Origin: Octopus vulgaris | Taxonomy: Eukaryota | Assembly: GCA_951406725.2 (NCBI GenBank) | Contig: OX597827.1 | Location: 62,186,001 to 62,250,000 of the forward strand | Length of the DNA: 64,000 bases | Direction: 5' to 3' | Shown: positions 27,146 through 41,276 of the stretch, piece by piece | Layout of the letters: each line of letters starts with the position of its first letter | Numbering within the stretch: position 1 is the stretch's first letter | The notes under the pieces: model-generated | The model's input: only the letters and a program-made list of their open reading frames with translations | Told to the model about the DNA's origin: nothing | Databases searched by the model: none | Translations under genes and position numbers: made by a program

Positions 27146-27831
27146 AGAATCAGTAAAATATTGATGAGAGACATTGAGAAGGGAGTAAAAAAAATCCTAA
27201 TCAGATTTGATGATATTTGATAAAATCGTTACTTAAATTGCTTTGAAGCATTGAATTATCTGTCAATGATACAAATGTTTGAAAAAAATCTTATCAGTAA
27301 TACATGTGAGAAATTAGGCAAAATATGTGATATCAATAAATAAGAATAAAGATAAGAACATTTTATTTCCTTACGTAAGTTGTTTTTTTCTATATGATCC
27401 TATAATATTTCATGAGAGTTTCTTCTTTTCAAATATATATACAAAAAAAAAAAAAATTAAAGAGTTCGAAAAAATGTTTTGCTACCGGCAGGGCCAACAT
27501 CGTCAATGATAACAGTAATGAAAACATTAACAATATCATTTTCACTGTCGTATTCCGTACACCGTACAATTTTCTCCGAACATTTCAGCCCATTTCAACC
27601 CCAGTATAATTTTATTGCCGACTTTATCTTCAATAATAATAATAATAATAATAAAATAATCTTACAAAACACGAGAAGGCGGCAATGGATGTTTGTGTTA
27701 AGGGACTACATAAGTGATAAAAATTCAAATTCGTAGAAAACTTGGCTGTTATAATCTACTATAACTACTATGGAAATACCAAAATGTCTGTCTAACTACC
27801 ACTCTGTTTCTCTCTCTCTCTATCGATTATT

Positions 27832-27893
<62 letters not shown>

Positions 27894-27919
27894 GCTTAAC
27901 CATCAATCAACTTATGATT

Positions 27920-27970
<51 letters not shown>

Positions 27971-28015
27971 CCTACCTACTTACCTACCTACCTACCTACC
28001 TACCTACCTACCTAC

Positions 28016-28074
<59 letters not shown>

Positions 28075-28113
28075 GCTGTTTGTCTACTTATCTGCTCCCT
28101 CTATCTCACTCTC

Positions 28114-28156
<43 letters not shown>

Positions 28157-28592
28157 TTCTCTGTCTTACTGTTTATCACCATAAAAAATAATAACATTTA
28201 AATATCCGTTTATCCCACGTACAGGAGCAATAAACATAGTCATTTTTCTATTTTATTTCCTTATTTTTATTCTCTCTCTCACATGAGTACACTTTGTTTT
28301 AGCACGTTTCGCTTTGTTTAAAAGTATAAGCTTATATTCACCGTTCAATCCTGGTTGAATCAAGCAAATAGTAAATTTAGTTGTTGAACTACCAAAGCGT
28401 AAAGTAAACTACAAACAAATTCCTTTAAAACCCATCTGAGCGAATTGGAAGAGGTGTCGGTCACCACTCTCTGCATTATATAACAAGGAAGTGAGTTCGT
28501 GATTTAATGGCGTCGAAGTCAAATCAAATACATGTGAAACACAAGCAGCGCATGCGATGTATATGCTAGGGAGTAGTGAGAGATGATAATGT

Positions 28593-28635
<43 letters not shown>

Positions 28636-28916
28636 TAGTGGTGGTGGTGGTGGTGGCAGTGAGGTATGATGGAAATATTTCTGCCCAGCATAACTTGTTG
28701 TATGGGAACTCGGGTTCACCCACGAGAGCTCAATGGAAGTGATGTGGTTTCGAATCCTATAAAATTTTCAATTTACTATATTGTTCTTTCTGATAGGCAA
28801 AGTCTATCACTATGTTTTATTTTGTTTTAAAATGTAAACGCTTACAGATTCATACCTGCAAACATATATTAGTAATTGGTCATAACATTTTAATATTATA
28901 AATTATATAATTATAT

Positions 28917-29085
28917 AGGCGCAGAAGTAGCTGTGTGGTAAATAGCTTGCTTACCAACCACATGGTTCCGGGTTCAGTCCCACTGCGTAGCACCTTAGGT
29001 AAGTGTCTTCTACAAAAGCCTCGGGCCGACCAAAGCCTTGTGAGTGGATTTCGTAGACGGAAACTGAAAGAAGCTCGTCGTATAT
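28917..29085 (+). mobile_element. SINE family C 5' half
   Basis: Homologous to 30646-30810. Confidence 0.82.
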
Positions 29086-29477
29086 ACACACACACATATA
29101 TAGTCTAGCAGTGGTATACTCTTTTGCAGGTCTGTGCATATTAACCTTCTCCAGCTGTCCCCTTACGGCATGCGAGACCCTACACGCACCCCTACCGACA
29201 TTTAGTATATTTTGGGAATTTCGGCTGCCACGACTAGACTTGGGATCAATACTAGTGTGGTTTCCCGTTGCTTGCACCAGGCAGGTGGGATCTGAGTTGA
29301 GAATGCAGTGAGCCGGATGATATACCGTAAACCATTTCTGCCGACGCGCCACCGATTCTGCTACTCTGCCACCCACAGAGCAACGCTATATGAAATGTTT
29401 TGCTCAAGAACACAAGACGACGTCCGCTCCTGGAATCGAGCTCACAATCTAGTGATCGTGAGTGCAATACCCTAACC

Positions 29478-29698
29478 TATTTCTTTATTACCCACAAGGG
29501 GCTAAACACAGGGGACAAACAAGGACAGACATAGGTATTAAGTCGATTATATCGACCCCAGTGCGTAACTGGTACTTAATTTATCGACCCCGAAAGGATG
29601 AAAGGCAAAGTCGACCTCGGCGGAATTTGAACTCAGAACGTAGCGGCAGACGAAATACCGCTCAGCGTTTCGTCCGGCGCGCTAACGTTTCTGCCAGC
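29478..29698 (-). mobile_element. SINE family B nested in the head of an older family A-like SINE, 10-bp TSD
   Basis: TACCCTAACC at 29468-29477 and 29699-29708; the host SINE continues on both sides (about 29380-29728). Confidence 0.85.
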
Positions 29699-30578
29699 TA
29701 CCCTAACCATTAGGCCAAACACCTTCACTATGTATGTATGTATAATACTAAAATTATCCCAGCCACACAAGTCGGGAGCCATGGTAAATAATAAAAAGAA
29801 AATTCACTATTTCTTTTATATTGTAGTTAATTAAATCGAAAGTACATTATTACAAATAAATCGTCTCAAAATACAATAATATGCATTCAAAATCAGATTA
29901 TCACAATCAAATTATTTCACTATACATTATTACAGATTCCAAAATATTATATTATATCATAAATACATTACTACAATCAAGTCATTTTAAGATTACGTAT
30001 TCCAAATCATTTCAAAATACATTCTTAAATACTCTCAAGCGCACATTTACAAAAATACATAAGTATTTGAAATACTATAATTACAAACCGGTTTCACTTC
30101 TTATAAATCATATTCAGTGCATAGTACATATGTAATGGCGAGCTACTAACCTTCATTTAATATTTAACATGTCAACGGGAACAGCTTCGTTGTAAACTAC
30201 TAGGTAAAAAGGGAGGTAATATTAAGAACGTTAGTAGACCCAAGTAAAGTAGGGGTGTAATGTTTTGTACGTTAAGTATTTAAAACGACGTGAGAAAATA
30301 TATTTTATAAATATTGATAAATGAATAAAAAATGTCAGTTGTTTGTTATCGATGTAAAGTTGTTTTATATTTTACAATAAAAAATGTTTCTATTGATTCT
30401 TTGTTGTTTTGTCATATTTTTTGCACATTTATAAAATGGATAATGGGAAAAGTTCAAAATTTGGTTGCTGAGTTCTTGTACATCTAGCTAAATGGTCATT
30501 GAGTCAATTTTTTCTCGTATTCGGATCATGTATTCGTTGTCGGTGTATCGTCATGCGTTTTGTGAGAGTATAATGCCG

Positions 30579-31290
30579 ATCAAAGCCTTGTGAGTGGATT
30601 TGGTAGACGGAAACTGAAAGAAACCCGTCGTATATATATGTATGTAGGCGTAGGAGTGGCTGTGTGGTAAGTAGCTTGCTAACCAACCACATGGTGCCGG
30701 GTTCAGTCCCACTGCGTGGCATCTTGGGCAAGTGTCTTCTGCTACAGCCCCGGGCCGACCAATGCCTTGTGAGTGGATTTGGTAGACGGAAACTGAAAGA
30801 AGCCTGTCGTATATATGTATATATATGTGTATGTGTGTGTTTGTGTGTCTGCTGTGTTTGTCCCCCTAGCATTGTTTGACACCCGATGCTGGTGTGTTTA
30901 CGTCCCCGTCACTTAGCGGTTCGGCAAAAGAGACCGATAGAATAAGTACTGGGCTTACAAAGAATAAGTCCCGGGGTCGATTTGCTCGACTAAAGGCGGT
31001 GCTCCAGCATGGCCGCAGTCAAAATGACTGAAACAAGTAAAAGAGTATATGTGTGTGTGTATATGTTTCTGTATCTGTTTGTCTCCCCAACATCGCTTGA
31101 CAACCGATGCTGGTGTGTTTACGTCCCCGTAACTTAGCAGTTCGGCAAAAGTGACAGATAGAATAAGTACTAGGCTTACAAAGAATAAGTCCCGGGGTCG
31201 ATTTGCTCGACTAAAGGTGGTGCTCCATCATGGGCGCAGTCAAATGACTGAAACAAATAAAGAGTATATACACACACGCTCATGAATTTG

Positions 31291-31338
<48 letters not shown>

Positions 31339-31660
31339 CGCAGGAGTGGCTGTGTGGTAGGTAGCTTGTTTTCCAACCACGAGTGCGAGTGTCTTTTACT
31401 ATAGCCTCGGGTCGACCAAAGCCTTGTGAGTGGATTTGGTAGACGGAAACTGAAAGAAGCTCGTCGTATATATGCATATATATATGTGTGTGTGTTTGCT
31501 TGACAACCGATGCTGGTGTGTTTATGTCCCCGTCACTTAGCGGTTCGGCAAAAAGAGACCGATAGAATAAGTACTGGGCTTACAAAGAATAAGTCCCGGG
31601 GTCGATTTGCTCGACTAAAGGCGGTGCTGAAACAAATGACTGAAACAAGTAAAATAGTAG
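30579..31660 (+). mobile_element. Cluster of SINE family C copies (full copy 30646-31048, duplicated 3' half, deleted copy)
   Basis: The 3' half recurs at about 30855, 31078 and 31498. Confidence 0.88.
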
Positions 31661-32095
31661 AGTATATATATATATATATAACACGTCTATGAATTTGTAT
31701 ATATATATATGTACATATATATATATATATCAATGTACATATATATATATACATTTATGAATTTGTGTCGCTAGATTTCCTGATGTGAAACCATGTGCTG
31801 AAACATGTTGTTGTATTTGGGATGGTCATTTCTTTGGGGTTTTTTTGGTGGGGGTAGGGCAAATAAATACACGCACTATATATTCCTTTTTCACTCGTTT
31901 ATTGCTGTTCTTATTTTAAATCATGTCAATTGTTCCGAAATCTTTCGTCGCACCTCTGTGACCTCTTCAACGACGCTTTTTGTCTCCGTGTGTGCTCCCG
32001 CCCCGCTTAGTCCATTCTCCCAGAATGGAAATATACAACAATGTCTGTTTGAACACGCGGTTTCACATCAGGAATAATGCAACACACATTCACAA

Positions 32096-32140
<45 letters not shown>

Positions 32141-32157
32141 CACACACATGAATAGAT

Positions 32158-32206
<49 letters not shown>

Positions 32207-32260
32207 AATTACTCCGGTATCGTTTTTGCATCTAGTCCAGCAAATTGCATTCATAATGGA

Positions 32261-32323
32261 CCATGCTGATGAATGTTACAGTTATCCTTGCGATAATAAT
32301 AACCGAAACTGATCAGTACATGG
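32261..32323 (+). ncRNA. Type I hammerhead ribozyme motif, intact core
   Basis: CCATG-CTGATGA-A-TGTTACAGTTATC-CTTGC-GATAATAATAACC-GAAA-CTG-AT-CAG-TA-CATGG. Perfect 5-bp stem I, palindromic stem III CTGATCAG, GUA cleavage triplet. Confidence 0.82.
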
Positions 32324-32581
32324 GTAATTATTTTATTTCATATATTTTCACTTGTTTATTGCTTTGGTTTTGTGCTGAGTTTTATTTGAGAACATAATCT
32401 TTGTGGAGAATGACGATTTGACGTCTATATCTAGCATGTTGACTGTCCACTTTTTGTGTTCAGTCCTTAATTGGTATATATAAATATTTTAATCTTCGGA
32501 TTCTTTTTTAATATGCTAGACCACTGGTTTTAATTGATAAATATCAATTTCTACCCTTAATTAATTTTATATATATATATA

Positions 32582-33426
32582 CTAGCAGAATTGCCCGGCG
32601 TTGCTCGGGGCTGAATTGCTTGAAAGTACTGTTAATGATTGCACTGAATTATGATGATTATTCAGGCAAATATTGATATAAGCTTACGGTGGGAGATAAG
32701 GACTTAACGATCAAACGTGTGCCATTGCATTGTTTTGGGAGAACCAAATTTCTGATGAGCATTATAGGGGCACCAACTTTAAGTTTGAGAAAGTGTGGTG
32801 GTAGTCCGGGGTGCTCAAAGGAATTGAGTACCTCTATTGGATAGTTGATGACGTCCTCTGGGTCAGGAGTTGTATCGATAGACTGATATACATAGACTTC
32901 CCCAGGAATGAGTTTTAGCATTTCATCATTAATATGGTGAACAGTTTTATTCCTCGGGGCCAGTATAGCCTTTTTGCCAATCCAATCCATATTCTGATAA
33001 TTAGCTTGTAGATCTGGGAACACTGCATCTCTGAGATCAGAAGGCGTCTTAACAATGGTACAAATGGAATCGATGGCAATATTACCATTTTCATCCCCTG
33101 GTATTTTGCCTTCGCCAAGTGCAAGGAGGGTGTGAGGAAATGCTGCTGATGTGATATTACGTCGCATATGAGCACGCATATTGGTGTGAAGTTTGAGAGT
33201 TACTTCCGTTTATTTTAAAAAATATGCATTAAAATGGAAAAAAATGATGGTAAATTATTTGTAAAATCATAGACTCATCGTAGACGCGCGCTAATACCCA
33301 GAAGGGCTCGATATGAATCACGACTATAAGATACCCGGTTTTGGTTAAACTGCATCGCAAAATGTGGGAGTAGTTAGGAATCTAAATCGGAGTAGACAGA
33401 CACACAACCTTTCTTTTATATATAAA
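32582..33426 (-). mobile_element. Non-autonomous Helitron with internal helicase fragment
   Basis: 3' end hairpin CCCGAGCAACGCCGGG then ...CTGCTAG|T; 5' end T(T)TATATATAAAAG...GTTGTGTGTCTGTC, like the element at 43147-43479. Confidence 0.85.
32690..33203 (-). pseudogene. Helitron RepHel Pif1-family helicase fragment (motif IV to V region)
   Basis: LKLHTNMR, LLALGEGK, KAILAPRNKTVHHIN, YPIEVLNS...GLPPHFLKLKVGAPIMLIRNL...CNGTRLIV. Open for about 170 codons but lacks Walker A/B and the Rep domain. Confidence 0.92.
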
Positions 33427-33427
33427 T

Positions 33428-33910
33428 ATTTTCGTCCTAAAAAACTTTGTATGGATTGAATGGTTACCTCTATGGAAATATATACACGCACATTATACAT
33501 ACATGTGTGTATAGATGAATATATAAATACATTTAAATATCTATATACACTTTTGGGCGATCTTTCTGTTTCTTAGATCTGTTTCTTAGATCTTATTTTC
33601 GTGCTAAAAAACTTTGTATGGAGTGAATGGTTACCTCTATGGAAATATATACACACACGTTATACATACATGTGTGCATAGATGAATATATAAATACATT
33701 TATATATCTATATACACTTTTGGGCGATCTCTGTGCTACTTAGAGATAACTTTAGATCTTATTTTCGTCCTAAAAAACTTTGTGCGGAGTGAATGGTTAC
33801 GTGTATGGAAATATATACACACACATTATACATACATCTGTGTATAGATGAATATATAAATACATTTAAATATCTATATACACTTTTGGGCGATCTTTCT
33901 GCTACTTGGA
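33428..33910. repeat. Tandem repeat, 3 units of about 167 bp, with a fourth stub at about 34395-34420
   Basis: Units start ATTTTCGT(C/G)CTAAAAAACTTTGT at 33428, 33595 and 33761. Confidence 0.9.
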
Positions 33911-33916
33911 TATAGG

Positions 33917-34036
33917 GGCGATGTTTCGCTTGTCGTAGCACACGTTTCCGTCGATTTCCGTAAAAAATGTAAACACTGAATCGGCCATACATACATACAT
34001 ACATACATACATACATACATACATACATACACACAC

Positions 34037-34067
<31 letters not shown>

Positions 34068-34386
34068 CATGCATACATACATATACACATAAACCGAGTA
34101 AAAATTTCAGTTATCTCTGTCTTTCACACATTACTCTCTCTGTCTCTTCACACACACTAACAGAAGCACTTCACTTACACAACATACTATCTGTCTCCCA
34201 CACTCCATCAAACACACACACACACACATGTACATCAATGCGTCCCATGCACGGTAACTTCAAAAGAACTTCCCTCGTCATACAATCGCTTTCTCTCAGT
34301 CTCTTTCGCTCTCATTACTTATGTAAAAATATAATTTTTTTACGGAAATCGACGGAAACCTGTGCTACGACAAGCGAAACATCGCC
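33917..34386. mobile_element. MITE with about 48-bp TIRs and 8-bp TSD (Merlin-like by termini)
   Basis: TIR GGCGATGTTTCGCTTGTCGTAGCACA(C/G)GTTTCCGTCGATTTCCGTAAA at both ends with 1 mismatch; TSD GATATAGG at 33909-33916 and 34387-34394. Confidence 0.88.
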
Positions 34387-34804
34387 GATATAGGTCTTAT
34401 ATTCGTCCTAAAATACTTTCCTGTCACACACTCACGCACACGCACGCACATACACACACACGCACACTCACACACACACACACACGCATACACACACTCA
34501 CACACACGCACGTTAGCTTACGATTTTATTTATATATTTGCGTGTCTATGTGTGTAAAGAGGAAGTGGCAGACTGAAAGAGTCACTCACTACAAAAGGTG
34601 AATTACTTTCATTTTATTCCTTGCACACTGTGTGTGTGCGGTGCGTGTGGTGTAAAACACATTAAGAAAAACATTTGACATACACACCAGAATGTGAGTT
34701 TTCTGTAAATTTTGCTTAATTGGAGTTTAAATTTTAAAAAGTGGACCTGGCAAAACCCGATGCATTCTACTCTTAAAAATGCTAAGTAAATTGTAATTGA
34801 AGAA

Positions 34805-34947
34805 ATCCCCGTCACCTAGCGGTTCGGCAAAAGGGACCGATAGAATAAGTACTGGGCTTACAAAGAATAAGTCCTTGGGTCGATTTGCTCGACTAAAGGC
34901 GGTGCTCTAGCATGGCCGCAGTCAAATGACTAAAACAAGTAAAGAGT
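34805..34947 (+). mobile_element. SINE family C 3' fragment
   Basis: Homologous to 30903-31048. Confidence 0.82.
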
Positions 34948-34949
34948 AA

Positions 34950-35125
34950 CAAAAGACGAAGACAGGTGGTGTAGACAACGAACAGATGTATTAGTATAAC
35001 GCTCGGGAAGTGAAAACGTCTTTAACGTTTCGAGCAAACGCTCTTCCACAGAAAGGAACACAGAAAGAAACAAGGAGAGAAAATAAAGAGAGAAAATAAA
35101 GAATGTGTAGTGGCTAGCTATCTTA
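34950..35125 (-). mobile_element. Short dispersed repeat with variant hammerhead-like motif (35020-35055); second copy at 40325-40520 (+)
   Basis: Minus: CTTT-CTGTGGA-A-GAGC-GTTT-GCTC-GAAA-CG-TT-AAAG; flank GAGCGTTATACTAATACATCTGTT is shared with 40444-40467. Confidence 0.65.
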
Positions 35126-35134
35126 TCATGGCGA

Positions 35135-35275
<141 letters not shown>

Positions 35276-36167
35276 GAACAAATACATACACATACACACA
35301 CACACCTATTACTTAGCATATAGATCTATGCGTGCATACAGACAGTCGCCTGCCTGAATGTGTCTTCGCGAAGACGCCTTTGTATTATGACTTCATTAAG
35401 ATATAGAGATACCTGCATCCTTCTTCCTGTTTGCTTATAAGACAATGTTATTGCATTCTTGTGGCACTTTTAAAGGGGTTAATGCAATCATCGTCTGCCT
35501 GTTCGTCGTGGTGGTGGTGGTGGTGGTGGTGGTGGTGGTGGTGGTGGTGGTGGCGGTGTTCGTCGTCGTTGTCGTCGTCGCCATCTTCTGGTCGTCTGCA
35601 TTGTGGTCACCGTCAGGAACAAGATTAACCTCATCATCGCCGTCCGCTGAAGAAAAGGGCAAAAGAGACAGAGGAAAGTGAGAGAGGAGAGCGGGGAAAG
35701 CAACGGAGATAGAGAGAGTGAGAGAGTAGGGAAGGGGAAAGAGAGGGGGAGAGCGTAAGAGGGAGAGAGAGACGAGGACAGGGAGTGAATGGGAGGGAAT
35801 GAAGGCGAGAAACAGATTGTGAGAAAATGCAAGAGAAATGCAAGACAGGAGAAAGAGAGAAAAGAGAGAGAGAAAGAAAGACTGAGAGAGAGAGAGAGAC
35901 AGACAGAGAGAGTGAGAAACATAAAGACAAAAATAAAGAGATACATAAAGAGAAGGGAGAAAGATAGATTCACTGTGATAGATAGATAGATAGATAGATA
36001 TAAAGAGAGGGAGACGGAGAGAGAAACAGTACGTGATAAGGAGAAATATTGTGAGAGGGTGAAAAGAAATATGGAGGACGACAAAGGGAAAGATAAAAAG
36101 AAAAAGAAGTGAGGGAGACAAAAGGAGACAGAGAGAGAATAGTCTTATGAATGGAGAATACGTATAC

Positions 36168-36240
<73 letters not shown>

Positions 36241-36371
36241 GTATGTATACATATATTATGTATATATACATATGTGTGTGTGTATGTATATATATATGTA
36301 TATATATATATATATATTATCAGCAAATATGTATGTTTGAACGTATATGTATGTGTATGTATATTTCTGTG

Positions 36372-36480
<109 letters not shown>

Positions 36481-36544
36481 ATATATGTATGTATATATAT
36501 ATATATATATATATATGCATATGTATAAATATACACACATAACT

Positions 36545-36630
<86 letters not shown>

Positions 36631-36796
36631 TTGTGAGTGTGTGTGTGAAGGGAAGCATAGATAAAGAAGATAGACAGGGAGAAAAAGAGGAGATGCGGAG
36701 AGAAACTTAGAGAGAGGGAGGAGAGAAGGAGAGATAAAGGTTGCACGCATGCCAGATATTAAGCATAAAGAAGTGTGCCCGTACATACAATGCGCC

Positions 36797-36841
<45 letters not shown>

Positions 36842-36890
36842 GCACACAGAGAAAGACTGAGACTTGCACATACGCATTCCGGTACATAGA

Positions 36891-36928
<38 letters not shown>

Positions 36929-37028
36929 CACATATATATGCATAATGTATGTGTACGCAAAAGTAGACGCGTTCGCAAACCCAGTCAGACAGCAAAAGAG
37001 GGGATACACGTATATATCTTAGAGAGAG

Positions 37029-37062
<34 letters not shown>

Positions 37063-37109
37063 TGTGTATGAGTGTGTGCGTGTGCATGATACATGTGTGT
37101 ATATGTGTG

Positions 37110-37175
<66 letters not shown>

Positions 37176-37226
37176 TATAAATATATATGAATCTATATTT
37201 TAGTATATATCTACACATATATATGC

Positions 37227-37306
<80 letters not shown>

Positions 37307-37357
37307 CTCTCTCTCGCTCTATATATATATATACATGTACATATATACACACATATA

Positions 37358-37424
<67 letters not shown>

Positions 37425-37436
37425 TTACATTTATGG

Positions 37437-37480
<44 letters not shown>

Positions 37481-37511
37481 GTACACATAAACACACACGT
37501 GCACACACACT

Positions 37512-37554
<43 letters not shown>

Positions 37555-37840
37555 GCACACACACGAACGCAAGCACACCTTATAATCACATAATCTGCCA
37601 TTCTGCTATGCCATACATCGAGTCACCTTTGACCGCATTATTGAACATCTGATGTGAATTCGCTCAAACGTACCGAACACAACACACTGCACAGCTCCCA
37701 TCACCACCACCACCACCACCACCACCACCACCACACACGTTAGCGCACGCACGCACGCACACATACACATCCGCGGGCGCCTACAGGTGCATATACTCAC
37801 ACGCAAACAAACACAAACACGCACACATACATACATGCAC

Positions 37841-37880
<40 letters not shown>

Positions 37881-38209
37881 GTATAAGCTATGTATACAAT
37901 CATAGGCGCATACATAAATATTGGCATATGAACAGATGCATATACAACATGTATATATATATATATATATATACACAGATTTATATATAGATAGGCGGTT
38001 ACATATACATATACATACACACACATACACACATATATATATATGTATATGTGTAATAATATGAATAATATATAAATATATGCATATATATATACATATA
38101 TATATATATATGTACATACCTACATATATATGTACATACCTACATATATGTCCGTCCTGTGGTTCTTGGCGTCTCTGTGGCGTTTCATGTTCTTGTCCAT
38201 AATTATACT

Positions 38210-38274
<65 letters not shown>

Positions 38275-38322
38275 TATATGGGTATTGAACATCACGCACA
38301 CACACACACAAACACACAAACA

Positions 38323-38398
<76 letters not shown>

Positions 38399-38475
38399 CA
38401 ATACATAAAATAATGATGCACAAACATGCGTACGCATACACATACAGTATCTATCTATCTCTTTCTATCTATCAC

Positions 38476-38516
<41 letters not shown>

Positions 38517-38522
38517 ATCCAT

Positions 38523-38602
<80 letters not shown>

Positions 38603-38841
38603 TTGTCTGTCTGTCTATCTATTTGTCTGTCTATCCATCTCTCTCTCTCCCCCCTCTCTCTCTCTATCTATATATGTATATAAACATATATATATATATA
38701 CGAGATAACTGAAGCAGACAATACTCACCGATAGACTTTTTACACATGCGCACACACACACATCGTTTGTACATAAGGATATAGTTATACATATTAACTT
38801 TTTGTCTCGATGTGCATGTTTATGTGTTTACCTAAATATAC

Positions 38842-38888
<47 letters not shown>

Positions 38889-38938
38889 TACACACACTCT
38901 CAAACACACACATATATACATACATACGCACGTGTAGA

Positions 38939-39011
<73 letters not shown>

Positions 39012-39874
39012 TTAGTGCAGATATGTGTATGTGTGTAGATGTGTGTGTGCACGTGAGAGTATATCTGTGCATATACTATTTTATTCTTTCACTTGTTTCA
39101 GTCAATCGAGCAAATCGAACCCAGGGCTTATTCTTTGTAAGCCTAGTGCTTATTCCATCGTTATCTTTTGCCGAACAGCTAAGTTACTGGACGTAATCAC
39201 ACCAGCATCGGTTGTCAAGCGATGGTGGTGGTGACAAACACAAGCACACAAACACACACATACACACAAACACACACACATACACACACACACACAGAAA
39301 CTCACACATACAAACACACAGACACACAAAACAATGCGTTCAAAATATGTTTTTCACCGTCTCGGCTTAACAACCCTCATCGTTTGTTTTTACTGTGTTA
39401 TTCTCTCTGCTCTGTCTTTTACTAATTTTCTTTGTATTGTTTTTACTGTTTTGTTTTGTTCTTACTGTCCTGTTCTTGTTACCAAAAAAATCCCACCAAA
39501 AAATCCCAAATTTTATTTAATTTGATTTGCGGGAAGGACTGTTTCAATGAAGTCGTGTCTTGTCCTTACCTTCGTAACACGGAGTAGACGAAACAGGGAC
39601 AACTGAAGAAAGTAATATTCCTTGTGTTGTATGTTTTGTACTCTGTTTTTTCGTTATTTGAAAAAAAGTTCGTTTCTATGTTTTTGTTTTCATGTTTTCG
39701 TTTCTCATTGTGCTCAACGTTTTTTTTGATGTCCTGTACCCACATATGCATGTATATATACATATAGATGTATGTATGTATATGTATGTATATATGTATA
39801 TATTTATATTATTATATGATCCAACGACACGCATCCTGTTCCAAGTATATATATATATATACATCCTTAATCTC

Positions 39875-40222
39875 TTATCTTTTTGCTTGTTTCAGTCATT
39901 TGGCCGCATCCATGCTGGGGAACTTCTTTAAATAGTTTTTAGGGGAAGAAATCGACCCCAGTACTTATTTCGTTTTTAAAGGAGAGTACTTATTCAATCG
40001 GTCTCTTTTGCTGAAACCGCTAGTATTATGGGGACGTAAACACACCAACACCAGTTGTCAAGACAGAAAGACACACCCTATATAAATATGTATATATACG
40101 ACGGGTTTCTTTCAGTTTCCGTCTACCAAATCCACTCACAAGGCTTATGTCGGTCCGTGGCTATAGTTGTAGACAATTGCTCAAGGTTCCATGCAGTACG
40201 ATTGAGCCCGGAACCATGTGGT
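39875..40222 (-). mobile_element. SINE family C (diverged)
   Basis: Reverse complement of the family C body; another minus 3' half at about 39078-39245. Confidence 0.78.
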
Positions 40223-40910
40223 TTGTATTGCATACAAATTGCATTCAGAACACTCAAAACATACATTGTGATTATAAATGTATTGTACATGCATGTATAT
40301 GAATATATGCATATATTCGCCATGATAGATCGTTAGCCACTACACGCATATTTTTCTCTCACCTTGTTTCTCTCCTTGTTTTTTCTGTGTCCCTTTCTGT
40401 AGAAGAACGTAGGCTCGACAAGTAAAATACTTTTTCTATTCCTGAGCGTTATACTAATACATCTGTTTGTTTTGTACACCACTTGTCTTCGTCTTTTGTG
40501 TTTTTCGTAAACTCTTCCAATATGTGCATATACATTTATATATGTTTCCACTTATGGGAAAAATTATATTAATGTGTCCTACTTGTGAAAATTCTCTTTA
40601 TTGATTTGTGCACTGCATTAAATTGATGAAATGAATGCATTGTTGAATTAAATGGAGCCGCTTGAAACGGTCGTACTGCTTCACTACATGATATCCTGTT
40701 GCTTATTTTGATTTTATTCATCTTACTTCAACTAAAGTACCTAATTCAACTTAATCTCAATTATATACACGCACGCACACACATATATATATATATATAA
40801 ATTTAAACAATGAGGGTGATAAATTGAATATTAATTTAATTAACAGCAATCTAAAACCAGTGGCCTAGCATATACAAAAACCTGAAAATTCAGAAAAATT
40901 GTATTACATG

Positions 40911-40973
40911 CATACAGATGAGCCACGGAGGTTGTTACGTAAGTAAAATCGTTAATGGCGAAACTAGTCTACG
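40911..40973 (+). ncRNA. Degenerate type I hammerhead motif
   Basis: CATA-CAGATGA (one change from CTGATGA)-GCCA...TGGC-GAAA-CTAG-TC-TACG. Downstream 41005-41110 is homologous to 32350-32455. Confidence 0.65.
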
Positions 40974-41133
40974 ATTAATTCTTTATTTTGTATAATTTCA
41001 TTTGTCTTACCCGTTTATGTTTTGGTGTTTGCTGAATTTTTCTAGAGAACATTCTTTTCCTTCGTGGTTAGATCGTAGTTGATCTGTTTCTAGCATATTG
41101 GATGTCCACTTAGTAGTCAGCTCTTCTTATACG

Positions 41134-41206
<73 letters not shown>

Positions 41207-41241
41207 GTATATATATATGTATATATATACACACACGCATG

Positions 41242-41276
<35 letters not shown>

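Noticed and set aside
33428-33910. CRISPR-like periodicity (also at 22812-23460 and 53278-53550)
   Set aside because: Whole units repeat without unique spacers, there are no cas genes, and the context is eukaryotic.
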